This document shows, in pieces, positions 37,780-47,778 of a stretch of 64,000 nucleotides of DNA; positions within the stretch are counted from its first letter, which is position 1; each line of letters begins with the position of its first letter. Under the pieces are notes generated by a model. That model was not told where the DNA came from and ran no database searches. It worked only from the letters and a program-made list of their open reading frames with translations. Both the position numbers and the translations under genes were made by a program. The stretch is from a virus, in IMG/VR virus record IMGVR_UViG_3300045256_000282, positions 85,069-149,068 of that record; one strand, written 5' to 3'.

Positions 37780-38996
37780 TTCTTGACCCTCTTATCCTTA
37801 TCGTGCCTGTAAAGCTGCCTTTCCTTGATACTCTTCTGTAAATGCTCATCAAACCATAGCGGTCTAATGTTTTCTGCTCTTGCAGCTAGGGCCAACTCGT
37901 CGGGGTTCTTAAGATTAAAGGACGCAAGAGGTATTACATGATCTAACTGCCACTTGCCCCTGCCGTTTCCCCAATTCTCCCATGTCATCTTTTGACCGGA
38001 TATGGGGTCGTCGTAAAACTTAGACTCTATATAGGTCTTAAAATCTTCGTAGGACATACCGATCAATTTTTTAGTGGTACTGTTTTTTTGAGCTTTCTTA
38101 GACTTTAAAGCCGAGCTTAGTCTGCTTCTGAGCAATAGGCTGATCTTGTAAACAAGATCTTCTTTATACCTTTCAGCCTGTCTTATGGATGCCTGCTTTT
38201 TAAGCTTATCTTTATTCTTTTTACGGTACTCTAACATGTAGGAGGCCCTAGCCTCCACTGTCTTTTCTCTCCAAAGCTTCTTTTCGGCCTTTCTCTTGCT
38301 TGATTTGTTTCTAATAGATGTACAATCTCTACAAACATCCCCCGGCTTAACCTTACCGTTTTTTCTTTCGCAGAAGAATTTCAATGGCAATATTCTAGCG
38401 CAAGATCCGCAAAACGTCTCGCTATCAGGAATAGGCGTCATCTTCCCGCTATAGATCTCGTACAGACTCTTGGTGACACGTTTATTTATGTGTAAGCCTA
38501 ATCGAGATTCCCAAAGCCTGACGAGCTTTTTAGACAACTTGTAGTCTTGACCTTTTTCGGCCTCGATCTCAATGAACCGCTTGTTCTTAAAATTTTTACA
38601 GAATACGTCGTAGATTACAACAGAAACGGACCCCTCTTTGTCGGAAAGCCAAAAGATCTGGCAATCTTTATAAAGCCGAAAAGCTTTGTGATACCCCATC
38701 ATGCGGATACCCTTAAGCACTCCCTTGATCGGAGTCCCTGTCAAATCCCAGTCGATCTCGTTTCTAAGGAACGCACTTCTGAGACCTAATCGTGTTTTGA
38801 ACGTGATCTCTTCCTTGTCGGCGCTATGTCTCCACCTAAGTACGGATGGGACGGCTTTATGTTCATAATAAGTATCTGGACCCATGATCCGCAGCTTTTT
38901 CTTGGGTTTAAAAGAAGATACAAGTTCGCAAAAACGATCCCAGTCAACGTGGTCTGCCTTGTACTTTTGCTCAATTTCGAGGTAACGGGTGTCCAT
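37776..38996 (-). CDS. CYTH (triphosphate tunnel metalloenzyme) domain fused to an HNH-type endonuclease domain
   Basis: N-terminal LEIEQK (ExExK), FIEIE and KSLYE motifs; C-terminal CGSC/CRDC, MTWENWG and WQLDHVIPLASF...NIRPLW. Confidence 0.75.
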   Translation of the reverse strand: MDTRYLEIEQKYKADHVDWDRFCELVSSFKPKKKLRIMGPDTYYEHKAVPSVLRWRHSADKEEITFKTRLGLRSAFLRNEIDWDLTGTPIKGVLKGIRMMGYHKAFRLYKDCQIFWLSDKEGSVSVVIYDVFCKNFKNKRFIEIEAEKGQDYKLSKKLVRLWESRLGLHINKRVTKSLYEIYSGKMTPIPDSETFCGSCARILPLKFFCERKNGKVKPGDVCRDCTSIRNKSSKRKAEKKLWREKTVEARASYMLEYRKKNKDKLKKQASIRQAERYKEDLVYKISLLLRSRLSSALKSKKAQKNSTTKKLIGMSYEDFKTYIESKFYDDPISGQKMTWENWGNGRGKWQLDHVIPLASFNLKNPDELALAARAENIRPLWFDEHLQKSIKERQLYRHDKDKRVKK

Positions 38997-39041
38997 GGGT
39001 ACTAGCCCTCCCTCGACAAAAATTCTGATATTTTTGCTTCT

Positions 39042-39173
39042 TCAGACATTCGAAACCTTCAGCTCTCTTTTGAGCCTCTTCCTGTCATAATCGCGCACGC
39101 TCTTGTGCCGACTTCTAGGAGGAGCTACGGGAATGCGCGGTTTAATCTTCTTCAATTTCTTTTTCTTCGCCAT
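39042..39173 (-). CDS. 43-aa highly basic peptide (not in ORF track)
   Basis: MAKKKKLKKIKPRIPVAPPRSRHKSVRDYDRKRLKRELKVSNV; fills the gap between clpP and the CYTH gene. Confidence 0.55.
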   Translation of the reverse strand: MAKKKKLKKIKPRIPVAPPRSRHKSVRDYDRKRLKRELKVSNV

Positions 39174-39759
39174 ATATACCGTCTGCCAAACCCAAATCTA
39201 CCGCCTCTTGAGCTAGAAGAAGAGTGTCAAAATCCAAAAGCTTATCTAGCTTCTTCTGCGAAAATCCGGGATCTTTTTCCTGAATCTTTTGAAGATAGAT
39301 CTTGTTTAAAATAGAATCGTACCGTTTTCCAAACTCTACCCAGCTACGGATCTTCTTAACATGACCTTCTTGCGCATCTGATCCGTGATGAATCATGACT
39401 ACGGAGTACGGAGAAAGTAACCTTTCATCCCCTGCTTGCAAGATCAAGGAAGCCATGCTCATGACATACCCCGTAGCCTTAACCGTGACCTCGGATCGGC
39501 AAGAACGGATAGCGTCATAGATAGCCATTCCATGAAAAACGTCTCCTCCGGGGTTGTTCAAGATGATCGTAATAGGCTCTTGAGATGCTGCGTCTAAAAG
39601 GTACAAGTTTTTAATCGCTCTCTCGGCCATCAAAAAATCCACGCCATTCTCACCATTCTCGTCACTACCTTCAGAGCCAATGTAGATCGTACGAGTAGGA
39701 ACATGGATGCCGTAATCGTGCAACCTGTCGACTTCATCCCTGGTAAATCTTTTGCTCAT
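39142..39759 (-). CDS. clpP: ClpP-like serine protease
   Basis: ILNNPGGDV, GYVMSMAS (catalytic Ser), VMIH (catalytic His), EAVDLGLAD. Confidence 0.85.
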   Translation of the reverse strand: MSKRFTRDEVDRLHDYGIHVPTRTIYIGSEGSDENGENGVDFLMAERAIKNLYLLDAASQEPITIILNNPGGDVFHGMAIYDAIRSCRSEVTVKATGYVMSMASLILQAGDERLLSPYSVVMIHHGSDAQEGHVKKIRSWVEFGKRYDSILNKIYLQKIQEKDPGFSQKKLDKLLDFDTLLLAQEAVDLGLADGIYGEEKEIEED

Positions 39760-40646
39760 TCAAGTCCTGCCTTTTTTCGTCCGTTCTTTATACCGCTCTT
39801 GATAGCAACTATCCATTCGCTTCTCTTAAAATCATACTCGCTTACGAAGTAAGCATCTAAAAACTCGATAGCGTCTTCAGCATAGTATCCGACCTTGCCA
39901 AACTCTGACCCTATCTTGAACCATTCTAGGTTACGACCCTTACTCTTGTCAACCCCGCCTACCACCTTCTCCATAACCCACCCAGGTAGCTGTTTTGGCA
40001 TAAGATTTCGATCTGCAATAAGCGCCCTCTTCTCGGAAGAATCACCGAAGCCCGTGGGCTTAAGGCCCTCGTATTGGCTTAGCCAGGCCGTAAGCTCTGC
40101 TACAGTAATCCTTGGTCTTAGGCTTACTAATTTCTGCTCCTTGCCGTTTCTTATAGCTCCTGGAAACCTGATGGATCTGGTAGGGTTTTTAGTTTTTTGG
40201 TCGGCCTTCTGCATCACGTTGAGTATCCAGTTTGCATAATAGTAGTACGTGTTATAGGAAGGTAGGGAGTCTTCAAGGCAGATGGCAAAGTGCAGGGACT
40301 TGTTACCAGAAAAAACGCAGGCCGAGTAGGGGAGGTTCATGACGCCCACGTAGGTCAACTGATCCTGCAAAGGCATGTCATCAACCTCTACCAGGAAGTT
40401 TCTAAAAGACGTGACGTTCTCATCTCTTCGAAAACCCTTAGTAGGGTTCAACGCCACAAGCTTAATCTCGGATGTGGATATGATCTTGTTCTCAACCTTG
40501 TCACTTGGAGAAACAAGCTCGATCGTTTCGTAGTCAAGATGGGTTAGCGGTACGCTGTGGTAGCCAAACTCATCGTGACTTACGCAGATCTCCTCACCTT
40601 CCCTAAACAACAGGTCGAGAAGCTGCCTTCCCGACTGTGCTATCAT
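39756..40646 (-). CDS. AEP-family primase-polymerase with PriCT-like C-terminus
   Basis: FLVEVDD, FSGNKSLH, NPTRSIRFPG and GRN motifs. Confidence 0.75.
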   Translation of the reverse strand: MIAQSGRQLLDLLFREGEEICVSHDEFGYHSVPLTHLDYETIELVSPSDKVENKIISTSEIKLVALNPTKGFRRDENVTSFRNFLVEVDDMPLQDQLTYVGVMNLPYSACVFSGNKSLHFAICLEDSLPSYNTYYYYANWILNVMQKADQKTKNPTRSIRFPGAIRNGKEQKLVSLRPRITVAELTAWLSQYEGLKPTGFGDSSEKRALIADRNLMPKQLPGWVMEKVVGGVDKSKGRNLEWFKIGSEFGKVGYYAEDAIEFLDAYFVSEYDFKRSEWIVAIKSGIKNGRKKAGLE

Positions 40647-41014
40647 ACGCTACCCTGATGACTCCCGCTAGCTTCTTGAGCGGCTCGCATAACTTCTTGT
40701 TCTCGTCTACGAGCTTCGATCTGAGCCTCTCGTTGTTTCTTTGCGTTCCTGAGCTGCTCGAGTAGTACGATAGGGTTGACCCGCTTATTCTCCATAAGAT
40801 ATAGGGGCTTCTTCACATCGTCATTAAGCATGACTGGCTTACCGTCTTCTCCGGTTACAGGATAAAGATGACCCTTATTGACAAGCTTCTGCCACTTAGA
40901 AGAGCTTCCAAGAAAAAGCTTGCTAAGCTCTTTAATCTCCTGACGCTCAGCGTAAGTGAGAGGTCTTTCAAGATCTACGATTTCAGACTCAACGGACTTG
41001 TTTTCATTTTCCAT
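40643..41014 (-). CDS. Hypothetical protein
   Basis: Overlap-coupled between helicase and primase. Confidence 0.6.
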   Translation of the reverse strand: MENENKSVESEIVDLERPLTYAERQEIKELSKLFLGSSSKWQKLVNKGHLYPVTGEDGKPVMLNDDVKKPLYLMENKRVNPIVLLEQLRNAKKQREAQIEARRREQEVMRAAQEASGSHQGSV

Positions 41015-42086
41015 TTATTGCATTCTCCACTTTTTTTGCGATACGATCCGCTTCTTTTTGTTTAGTCCATGCTACATATGGTGCGTGATCTAATTCCACA
41101 TATAGCCCCTTATACCACCCTACCACAACTTCCTGGCTTGTCATATCCCCGCTACTCCAACGATTTTTATGGATGATGAATTTGGTCTGGTAAGTTTTCT
41201 TATCTGCGACCATCTCCATCGCACAAGTTACTGGAGTTATGATTCCTTTGAAACCTCTTAACCTATCCTCAAAAGACCTGTCCTCATCCCCGTTACTGTT
41301 GTGCAGTTGAGCCATCACGGTTATGGGGGAGCTTAGGTACCTGTTCTTAAAACCGTCCAGATACTGCATAACACTGCTAAGAATTTCCCAGGTTTTTGCG
41401 TTTGGGTTAAGCTTTGAAAAGGATATCTTTTGAACATAGTCGATGATGATCTGATCGTACTTCTGATTGTTCCTGATAACGCTCTCTAGCACGTTTTGGA
41501 TACCTTCGACCGTTGTTGTTGTTCCCGACGTGGCGTAGCTTGAGTCCGATATTACGTTGATAAACTTGCTTAACTTTTCGATTCCTTCGTTTAGTACTCT
41601 TTTTTGCTCGTCAGTAAACTCGTTGTGGTTGGCATATGGCCAGCCTTTGATAAGGCAGGTTATCCTGTTGTAGACATCAGCGACTGCTTCTTCGTTTGTT
41701 ATGATCAGGGTTTTTCCCCCTACCATTGCAGTATGAAAGGCTATGTTAGAAACAAGTGTCGATTTACCGCCGTTGGTGTTTGCGGCTATCAGATTAATGT
41801 TTTTTCCAAAATTCGGTACGATCCCGTTAAAAGATTTTGTGATAAACTTCTTGCAGCTTTTAGCTGCTTCCATGTACTCTTCGTTTTCTTTGATGATCTT
41901 TCTTACGTACTCTTCCCGGTCGGACTCGATGTTGATGTTTTGTAGAGCTTCAACTTCTTCTTTGGACTTAACGTACCTCTGATAGTCTGCCTCTGTACGG
42001 AACCGATCAACAGCCTTCTTCTTTAAAAGAAGCTTACTTGTTTCTTCTGCTTCCTTTTGAAGGTTTAGTACGTCTTTGTTACTCAC
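41004..42086 (-). CDS. DnaB-like (SF4) replicative helicase
   Basis: Walker A AANTNGGKST, ITNEE, IIIDYVQ, MAQL and HKNR motifs. Confidence 0.8.
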   Translation of the reverse strand: MSNKDVLNLQKEAEETSKLLLKKKAVDRFRTEADYQRYVKSKEEVEALQNINIESDREEYVRKIIKENEEYMEAAKSCKKFITKSFNGIVPNFGKNINLIAANTNGGKSTLVSNIAFHTAMVGGKTLIITNEEAVADVYNRITCLIKGWPYANHNEFTDEQKRVLNEGIEKLSKFINVISDSSYATSGTTTTVEGIQNVLESVIRNNQKYDQIIIDYVQKISFSKLNPNAKTWEILSSVMQYLDGFKNRYLSSPITVMAQLHNSNGDEDRSFEDRLRGFKGIITPVTCAMEMVADKKTYQTKFIIHKNRWSSGDMTSQEVVVGWYKGLYVELDHAPYVAWTKQKEADRIAKKVENAINGK

Positions 42087-42531
42087 AAAAATCCTCGGGT
42101 ACGCCTAGTAGTTTTACAAAATCTTTATCTACTTCTGTTTCAATGATCATCGATTTGTTGATGAGGTCCGGGTTGACAGGATTCTTAATAAAATCGTCTT
42201 TTTCCTCCTTAGGCTTAGACTCTACCCTAACAGCTATCGTAGAAGGAAAAACTTCTGCCGATGCCTTATTCCATGCAATTTCTATCTGATCTAGCCACCA
42301 TTCCTTCTTCTTAGGATTCGCGCTAGATTGCCATTTACAAAGCCTCTTTATCTTGTTTGCGTAAACGATCCCGATATCTTCAAAAGTATATCCGGCGTCT
42401 TTAATAGAGGTGAACAGCGCGGCAAGTTTAAGATCTAAGTCTTCCAGCCCGACGTTATTGTACTTAGGATTTATGTTCATCCTAAACCACTCGTCGATTA
42501 GAAAATCTATAGAAGGTATTTCTCTGTTCAT
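42079..42531 (-). CDS. Hypothetical protein
   Basis: Overlap-coupled in the operon. Confidence 0.6.
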   Translation of the reverse strand: MNREIPSIDFLIDEWFRMNINPKYNNVGLEDLDLKLAALFTSIKDAGYTFEDIGIVYANKIKRLCKWQSSANPKKKEWWLDQIEIAWNKASAEVFPSTIAVRVESKPKEEKDDFIKNPVNPDLINKSMIIETEVDKDFVKLLGVPEDFCE

Positions 42532-43520
42532 AGCTCTTGACTTGAGTTTAGCTTACCAAGTATGCGTCTGGCAAGTTCCAATTCCTTGTTCATTCCTTTG
42601 CTAGATAGGATCTTCTCCACCCTTTTTAGCATCTTGATCTTGAGCTTCTTAGGGGCTTTCTCATACCTGTCAAGAAGCCTTTCCATCCTATACCTCTTTA
42701 AAAGCTCAAACTGCTCCTCCTGCGGGGGCACCTTATCTATCTGATTAAATACGGATAAGCTCTCATAGTTTTCGTAATCCTCAATCCAAACTGGGGCTGT
42801 TTGGCTGCTGACATATCGATACTTGATGTCGCCAACTGAAAACTTGCCTTTTTCTGGATACCGACCTAACTTTCTCTTAATCTCATTGTACTGAGATGGC
42901 GGTACCCTTCGGTATCCGTACCTATGAGGAGATTTTAAAAGATCTTCGTCTGAGCAGGGAATTTCTACGTCGATAAGCTGATAAAGAACGGCGACGTGCT
43001 TTTCGCCCATGATGTTCCTGTTCTTCTGCTTAAATACTCTTACAAGGTCTTTCATTCTTTGCTGAATAAAGACTATCATGTTTGAAAGGTCTTTTCTTTT
43101 AACCTCTTCCTCTGAGTACTCTTCTTTCGCCCTTTTGTTGGCAACCTTCTTTTTTCCTATATCTGAAAACTGCAGACTGTAGCAGCCTAAGTAGCTGACC
43201 AGGTGAACTAAGGATATGTTCATAACATCCTCTAGCTCTAAGCCAGAATACAGCATGGTGTCTTGGTTTTGTCGATAGGCGTCTCTTGCTACCATGTAGG
43301 CAGCTTTCTCGTACTGCTTAACGAGTTCTTCTGGCGGATTTTCTACCCGCATGAAGTATCGCCATCGCAGATACGCTAGCTCGAACTGCTCTCGAGTGCT
43401 TATCATCTTGTCGGGATCGATAGGAACGCGTATATGCCTTATTACTTTTTTCTTAAGTTTTGGGTCATAAACAAGCCCCTCGACCTCCACGGTAGGGAGA
43501 TCTCGAAGAAACTTATTCAT
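42528..43520 (-). CDS. Putative divergent sigma factor (region-2-like)
   Basis: 'AAYMVARDAY...LELEDVMNISLVHLVSYL...IVFIQQRMKDLVR' resembles sigma70 regions 2.1-2.4; no clear region 4. Confidence 0.45.
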   Translation of the reverse strand: MNKFLRDLPTVEVEGLVYDPKLKKKVIRHIRVPIDPDKMISTREQFELAYLRWRYFMRVENPPEELVKQYEKAAYMVARDAYRQNQDTMLYSGLELEDVMNISLVHLVSYLGCYSLQFSDIGKKKVANKRAKEEYSEEEVKRKDLSNMIVFIQQRMKDLVRVFKQKNRNIMGEKHVAVLYQLIDVEIPCSDEDLLKSPHRYGYRRVPPSQYNEIKRKLGRYPEKGKFSVGDIKYRYVSSQTAPVWIEDYENYESLSVFNQIDKVPPQEEQFELLKRYRMERLLDRYEKAPKKLKIKMLKRVEKILSSKGMNKELELARRILGKLNSSQEL

Positions 43521-43529
43521 GTTTTGTCC

Positions 43530-44585
43530 TTACTTTGTGTCTAAAGCCTGGATGTCGGCAAGAATCTTGGCGGCAGTTTCTGGATTATCCTTAATTCGAG
43601 CTGCAACCTCAGCCTTACCCCGAATCTTCTCACCGTAAAGCTCGTAAGAGCCAGCATTAAGATTCTTGATGATTCCAGTATTCTTGCCTAGGTCAAAGAT
43701 CTCTTCGTGAACGTTAATTATGCCTTCTTTATAATCAATCGTTAGCACACCAGCCCGACCAGCGGTTCCAAGGCTTGATTGCTCCATCTTAAAATAGATC
43801 TTGTGACCAGTCTGATCCTTATTGCCACGAGCATCTTTGACTGCGTCGTTTTCAAACTTATTTCCTGCAATGTCTACCTTATCGTCTGCAGCGTTTGCTC
43901 GACGAATACTGATAAAGTACTCAAAAGCATGCTTGGTTGAGAAAACCCCGGCCATCTTTTCTTTTGGAGCGTGAGGGTTTGAGGCATCCACGTTCTTTCT
44001 CATCTGCTCAACGCCGATGTAAGGGATCTTGTGTCGCTTAAAGATGGGAATGACTTTCTCCCAACCCTTGGTGATTGTTAGAGCTTTGTCTCCGATAAGG
44101 TGATCATTGACAGATCGATCGGCTGCCATCGATTTCGTACCGCCGATGCTTGTAATCGAATCGAAAGCAACTAGACCAAGGGGCATCCCCTCCTGGATCA
44201 TAGGCTGAATATCTCGCTCGAGACGATCAAAGATATCCTCTGGTCGATTGGTGTCGTATACGATAAGGCGGTCTCTATCGATGTCCTTAAAAAGACCTTG
44301 CTGAAAAGCTCCCCGCATCTCTGAGTTAAAGATGATGGCGATAGCCTGCGGATCGCGCTTATGCAACTCGCCAACGATTGCCTGGATAAGAAGAGACTTA
44401 CCGGCTTTTGGCTCAGAAAAAAGAAGGGTTCCAGTGCCTTTTGGGATTCCCTGACTCTTGTTTGCAAAGATCCAATTTACGTAAGGGCTGGGTGTGTAGA
44501 TACAGTTTTCGGGCGCAAAAGCGTCATAATCATACTTAACAATATCCTCATAAGCTTGAAGCTGCTTGGTCCACTTGTTCGACAT
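43530..44585 (-). CDS. recA: RecA/UvsX-like recombinase
   Basis: Walker A SEPKAGKS, FNSE, VAFDSI and EQMR motifs; C-terminal 'YELYGEKIRGK'. Confidence 0.85.
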   Translation of the reverse strand: MSNKWTKQLQAYEDIVKYDYDAFAPENCIYTPSPYVNWIFANKSQGIPKGTGTLLFSEPKAGKSLLIQAIVGELHKRDPQAIAIIFNSEMRGAFQQGLFKDIDRDRLIVYDTNRPEDIFDRLERDIQPMIQEGMPLGLVAFDSITSIGGTKSMAADRSVNDHLIGDKALTITKGWEKVIPIFKRHKIPYIGVEQMRKNVDASNPHAPKEKMAGVFSTKHAFEYFISIRRANAADDKVDIAGNKFENDAVKDARGNKDQTGHKIYFKMEQSSLGTAGRAGVLTIDYKEGIINVHEEIFDLGKNTGIIKNLNAGSYELYGEKIRGKAEVAARIKDNPETAAKILADIQALDTK

Positions 44586-44594
44586 GCTATCTCC

Positions 44595-45104
44595 TTATCG
44601 CGTTATTCCGGCTCGAATCAAAAGGTCCATTCGCTTACGCATGTATCTACACACGTTCTCCATGACCTTGATCCTGCCATCTAAAAAAATCTCTAAAGCT
44701 TTCAATGAGTCTAATCTATCTTTAGCTTCTTGAACGTCTTTATCCTGAGTAATATAAGCCTTACGAAACTCAGCCGTATCGAGCCTTGCTGGCTTGTCTT
44801 TCATGAATTCCTGGTACTTGTCCAGCAAAACGATCGACTTGCTCTTCTCGTATTCGTTTTCTACCTTAGTAATCTGGTAACCTACCGTCGCAAGGTGCAT
44901 CTTAAGCTCCCTGTAGGCTTCCCCAAAACAGTTCTCTAGGTTCGTATAGGTAGAGGGGTTTACGTGTTGAGCTTCAACGAGTCTTTTCTCAGCTTCCTGC
45001 AGTCTTGATACGTTTAACTTTAAAGAGGGCAAGCCCCGGAACTCTGGGAGTTCCAGGGCCAGACCGTCGTTAAACGCATTTACTGGTAGCTGATTACTAC
45101 TCAT
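44595..45104 (-). CDS. UvsY-like recombination mediator (coiled coil)
   Basis: Helical; 'RKAYITQDKDVQEA' resembles UvsY-family ends; sits between SSB and RecA. Confidence 0.5.
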   Translation of the reverse strand: MSSNQLPVNAFNDGLALELPEFRGLPSLKLNVSRLQEAEKRLVEAQHVNPSTYTNLENCFGEAYRELKMHLATVGYQITKVENEYEKSKSIVLLDKYQEFMKDKPARLDTAEFRKAYITQDKDVQEAKDRLDSLKALEIFLDGRIKVMENVCRYMRKRMDLLIRAGITR

Positions 45105-45107
45105 TTA

Positions 45108-46187
45108 TCAATTAACTCCCATGCCCAAGCTCTTCAGAAACTCTTCTGGAGAGACCGTTGTGCCTGAGGATGCGACAGAAGCAACTGCTGGAGTGCTAGT
45201 TGTACCTCCGCCAATCTTAAGTCCGCCAACAGTTTGTTGAACTGGAGTGGCAGGGGCTGCCTGCGTAGCCGCTGGAGTTGGTGTACTTGCAAGAGGAGCG
45301 GTCGGCGTAAGGGTTTCCTTAGACTGAGAAGCTCCAGACAAAGCCGAATCAACATCGCTACTATCGTCTTCCTCTTCTTGTCCGCTTTGACCCAAGATCT
45401 CTTCTACTGCCTTAGCACCTTCGTTGACCATACGCGCAACCTGCTCTGCGGTAGGGCGTGCGTACTGGACTAGGAGGTTGTGTCCTTCACGGTCAAAAAC
45501 CATTTCGCCAGTTTGAGGGTTCACTACGGTGCCAAGCTTAGCGATGAGGTCTGGGCTAAGCACATGTGCCACATCCTTCTCAACAACGCCAAGTCCGGGG
45601 ACTTCGATCTTTTGCTTATATACAGAAACTGAGTACTGTGTCTCCAAGCCTTCGCCAGAGCGTTTGAAGGAGAAGTATCGGCCATTCTCAACGCTAAGAG
45701 GATCTACACCTTCTTGGCGCAAGCGGGTGATTTCTGCCTCTAGAGACTTGTAAGCCTTGTGAGGGATCTTTAGCATGCCGATCTCGCCTTGCAGATTGAC
45801 AGCATTTACGTGCCATTTAGAGTCAAGGTTGTAGGTCTTAAGAAGATTGACAAGCTCGCCAGACGCAGCTTTGTCGCCACGTTTTTGTGCTGCTGCCAAA
45901 GCTTCTTTAAGGTTACGGATACGCTCGTTAGCAGGGTCTGCTACATCGATCATTCCGGTCTTGTAGTTCTTGACTTCTGGGCTCAAGAAAACACGCATGT
46001 AGGCTTTTCCGGTCTTAGGGTTAGGCAAACCTTTGTATCCGTAATGCACCTTATAAAACACCGCCCAGGTGTCCGTGTCGGCCATTGGCCCGAAAGGAGG
46101 AAGGATGCGGTATACGGTCTCACCCTTCTCTAGTTTGAAGTATTTTTTCTTGGCGCTTGAGCCGATCTTACCTGTTCCGAATTTCAT
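45108..46187 (-). CDS. gp32-like single-stranded DNA-binding protein
   Basis: YRILPP, VHY and GRYFSFKRSGEGLETQYSV motifs; long low-complexity tail. Confidence 0.75.
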   Translation of the reverse strand: MKFGTGKIGSSAKKKYFKLEKGETVYRILPPFGPMADTDTWAVFYKVHYGYKGLPNPKTGKAYMRVFLSPEVKNYKTGMIDVADPANERIRNLKEALAAAQKRGDKAASGELVNLLKTYNLDSKWHVNAVNLQGEIGMLKIPHKAYKSLEAEITRLRQEGVDPLSVENGRYFSFKRSGEGLETQYSVSVYKQKIEVPGLGVVEKDVAHVLSPDLIAKLGTVVNPQTGEMVFDREGHNLLVQYARPTAEQVARMVNEGAKAVEEILGQSGQEEEDDSSDVDSALSGASQSKETLTPTAPLASTPTPAATQAAPATPVQQTVGGLKIGGGTTSTPAVASVASSGTTVSPEEFLKSLGMGVN

Positions 46188-46981
46188 TTGTTTCTCCCTT
46201 TTTTCTTCATATTACTTTTAACGGTCTTTAATGCGTTCGAGACGCTTGTTTTGTTTACTTCCTCGACGGCAACCATTGCCTTCGTAGTTACTTTACCGTC
46301 AATCAAACCTGAAGTCAACAGGTAAGATGAGTCAGTAAATTCTTTCATCCCTTCGATAATCTGATCTACGATGGAAGTATCCTTAACCACAACCAGAACT
46401 GGCAGTTGTGACTTTTCTCCGTCGTATTCGTTTTCGATTCCATAATCCGCAATCTCATCGAGATTGAAGACTAGCGTCATGGCTGCGCCCACCTGATCGT
46501 TGATGACTCTCTTGATCATCTTGTCGAGATCGGCAGCATTATTTACAGCAAAGGTCTTAGAGTGTCGATAATTAATAGGGTTATATTCGTTCACACCCTT
46601 ATCGATAGCGATATCAAAAAAATGTTTAGATACAAGATCTACCACGGTTTTTGGGGCCATCTTTCCCTTAGAAGCCTGCTCTGGAAGGCGCGAAGCAATG
46701 TTCTTGTAAAGAGCCTCTCCATCAAGTGCCAAGATTCCGGTTTCTTCGGATGCAACCTTAGCAAACTCTTCTGAAGAATCTCCTGTAACAATGATAGGTA
46801 CGATCAATCGACTGTTTACTAGAGCAATCTTATAGTCTCGCTTAACTTCTGGAAGTCTAAGCTCGGCTGATCGTTTTCTTGAGATGTGAGACTGTACGGT
46901 ATTAACGTTACTTTTAGGGATCTTAATCTCTGCTCTAAGTTTTAGCTTGCTAATCTCAGCAAGCATGTGTTTTAGTTCCAT
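46184..46981 (-). CDS. Hypothetical protein, possibly a degenerate NMP-kinase-like fold
   Basis: IIVTG followed by a helix and 'LALDGEALY', but no GK[ST]. Confidence 0.5.
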   Translation of the reverse strand: MELKHMLAEISKLKLRAEIKIPKSNVNTVQSHISRKRSAELRLPEVKRDYKIALVNSRLIVPIIVTGDSSEEFAKVASEETGILALDGEALYKNIASRLPEQASKGKMAPKTVVDLVSKHFFDIAIDKGVNEYNPINYRHSKTFAVNNAADLDKMIKRVINDQVGAAMTLVFNLDEIADYGIENEYDGEKSQLPVLVVVKDTSIVDQIIEGMKEFTDSSYLLTSGLIDGKVTTKAMVAVEEVNKTSVSNALKTVKSNMKKKGRNK

Positions 46982-46982
46982 T

Positions 46983-47771
46983 TTAGTTTCTCTCCTTGAT
47001 AAGATTTCTTACTAATTTTCCGGTGTGTACCGCTGTCGCCTGACTTGTTCCGGTCATGTATGTGCCGCCTGATAATACCATGGTTCCAACTTCCCAAACA
47101 TCCACTCGGCTTCCCCAATTTGAACTCGGGTTTCTGATCATAGTAGGCATTAAATTACCAACTACGATGACCTTATTATTGTAATCACCAGGATATATTA
47201 GGGATGGTTCTTTTTCAAGAGTAGAAATTCTTCGAATAAATCTTGTAAACTTGCTTTCATTGTTATATGACTCTGATACGATTTCGTCGCCATTATTTCC
47301 AGCAGCAGATACTATCACAGTTCCAGAGTTTAAAAGTCTTTGGATCACTTCGCGCTCTTCTGGGTCAGGGTGCGCACCAAACGAGCTGTAGTTTATAAAA
47401 TTTACACCCATATTTTCAGCTCTCTTTAGAGCATTAACGGTGTTTTTAATTGATACTTGCTCGGTAATTCCATCGGTCCAATATTTCAATATAACCAAGC
47501 AATACGAGGATCGTGGTAGGCCGGACAACATGTTACTGATCGTATACGTAATGTGGGTCCCGTGCCCGTTATTATCTAACGGGACGGTGTTGGTCTTATG
47601 GTCTGCTGAGGTAAGGTCTGCGTGTCCAAACTTACACAGGTTAGGCTGTGTGTAACCCTCATTTTGAGTAAAACCCGTGTCGATTACGGCTATTACTATG
47701 GGTTTCTGGGAAGCCGTAGAGGATGTTCCCATACCTAGTAAGAGTAGAGATGATAATAACAAATATCTCAT
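46983..47771 (-). CDS. Secreted subtilisin-family (S8) serine protease
   Basis: Signal peptide; IAVIDTG (Asp), GHGTH (His), AAGN (oxyanion Asn), MTGTSQA (Ser). Confidence 0.9.
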   Translation of the reverse strand: MRYLLLSSLLLLGMGTSSTASQKPIVIAVIDTGFTQNEGYTQPNLCKFGHADLTSADHKTNTVPLDNNGHGTHITYTISNMLSGLPRSSYCLVILKYWTDGITEQVSIKNTVNALKRAENMGVNFINYSSFGAHPDPEEREVIQRLLNSGTVIVSAAGNNGDEIVSESYNNESKFTRFIRRISTLEKEPSLIYPGDYNNKVIVVGNLMPTMIRNPSSNWGSRVDVWEVGTMVLSGGTYMTGTSQATAVHTGKLVRNLIKERN

Positions 47772-47778
47772 TCTTTTA

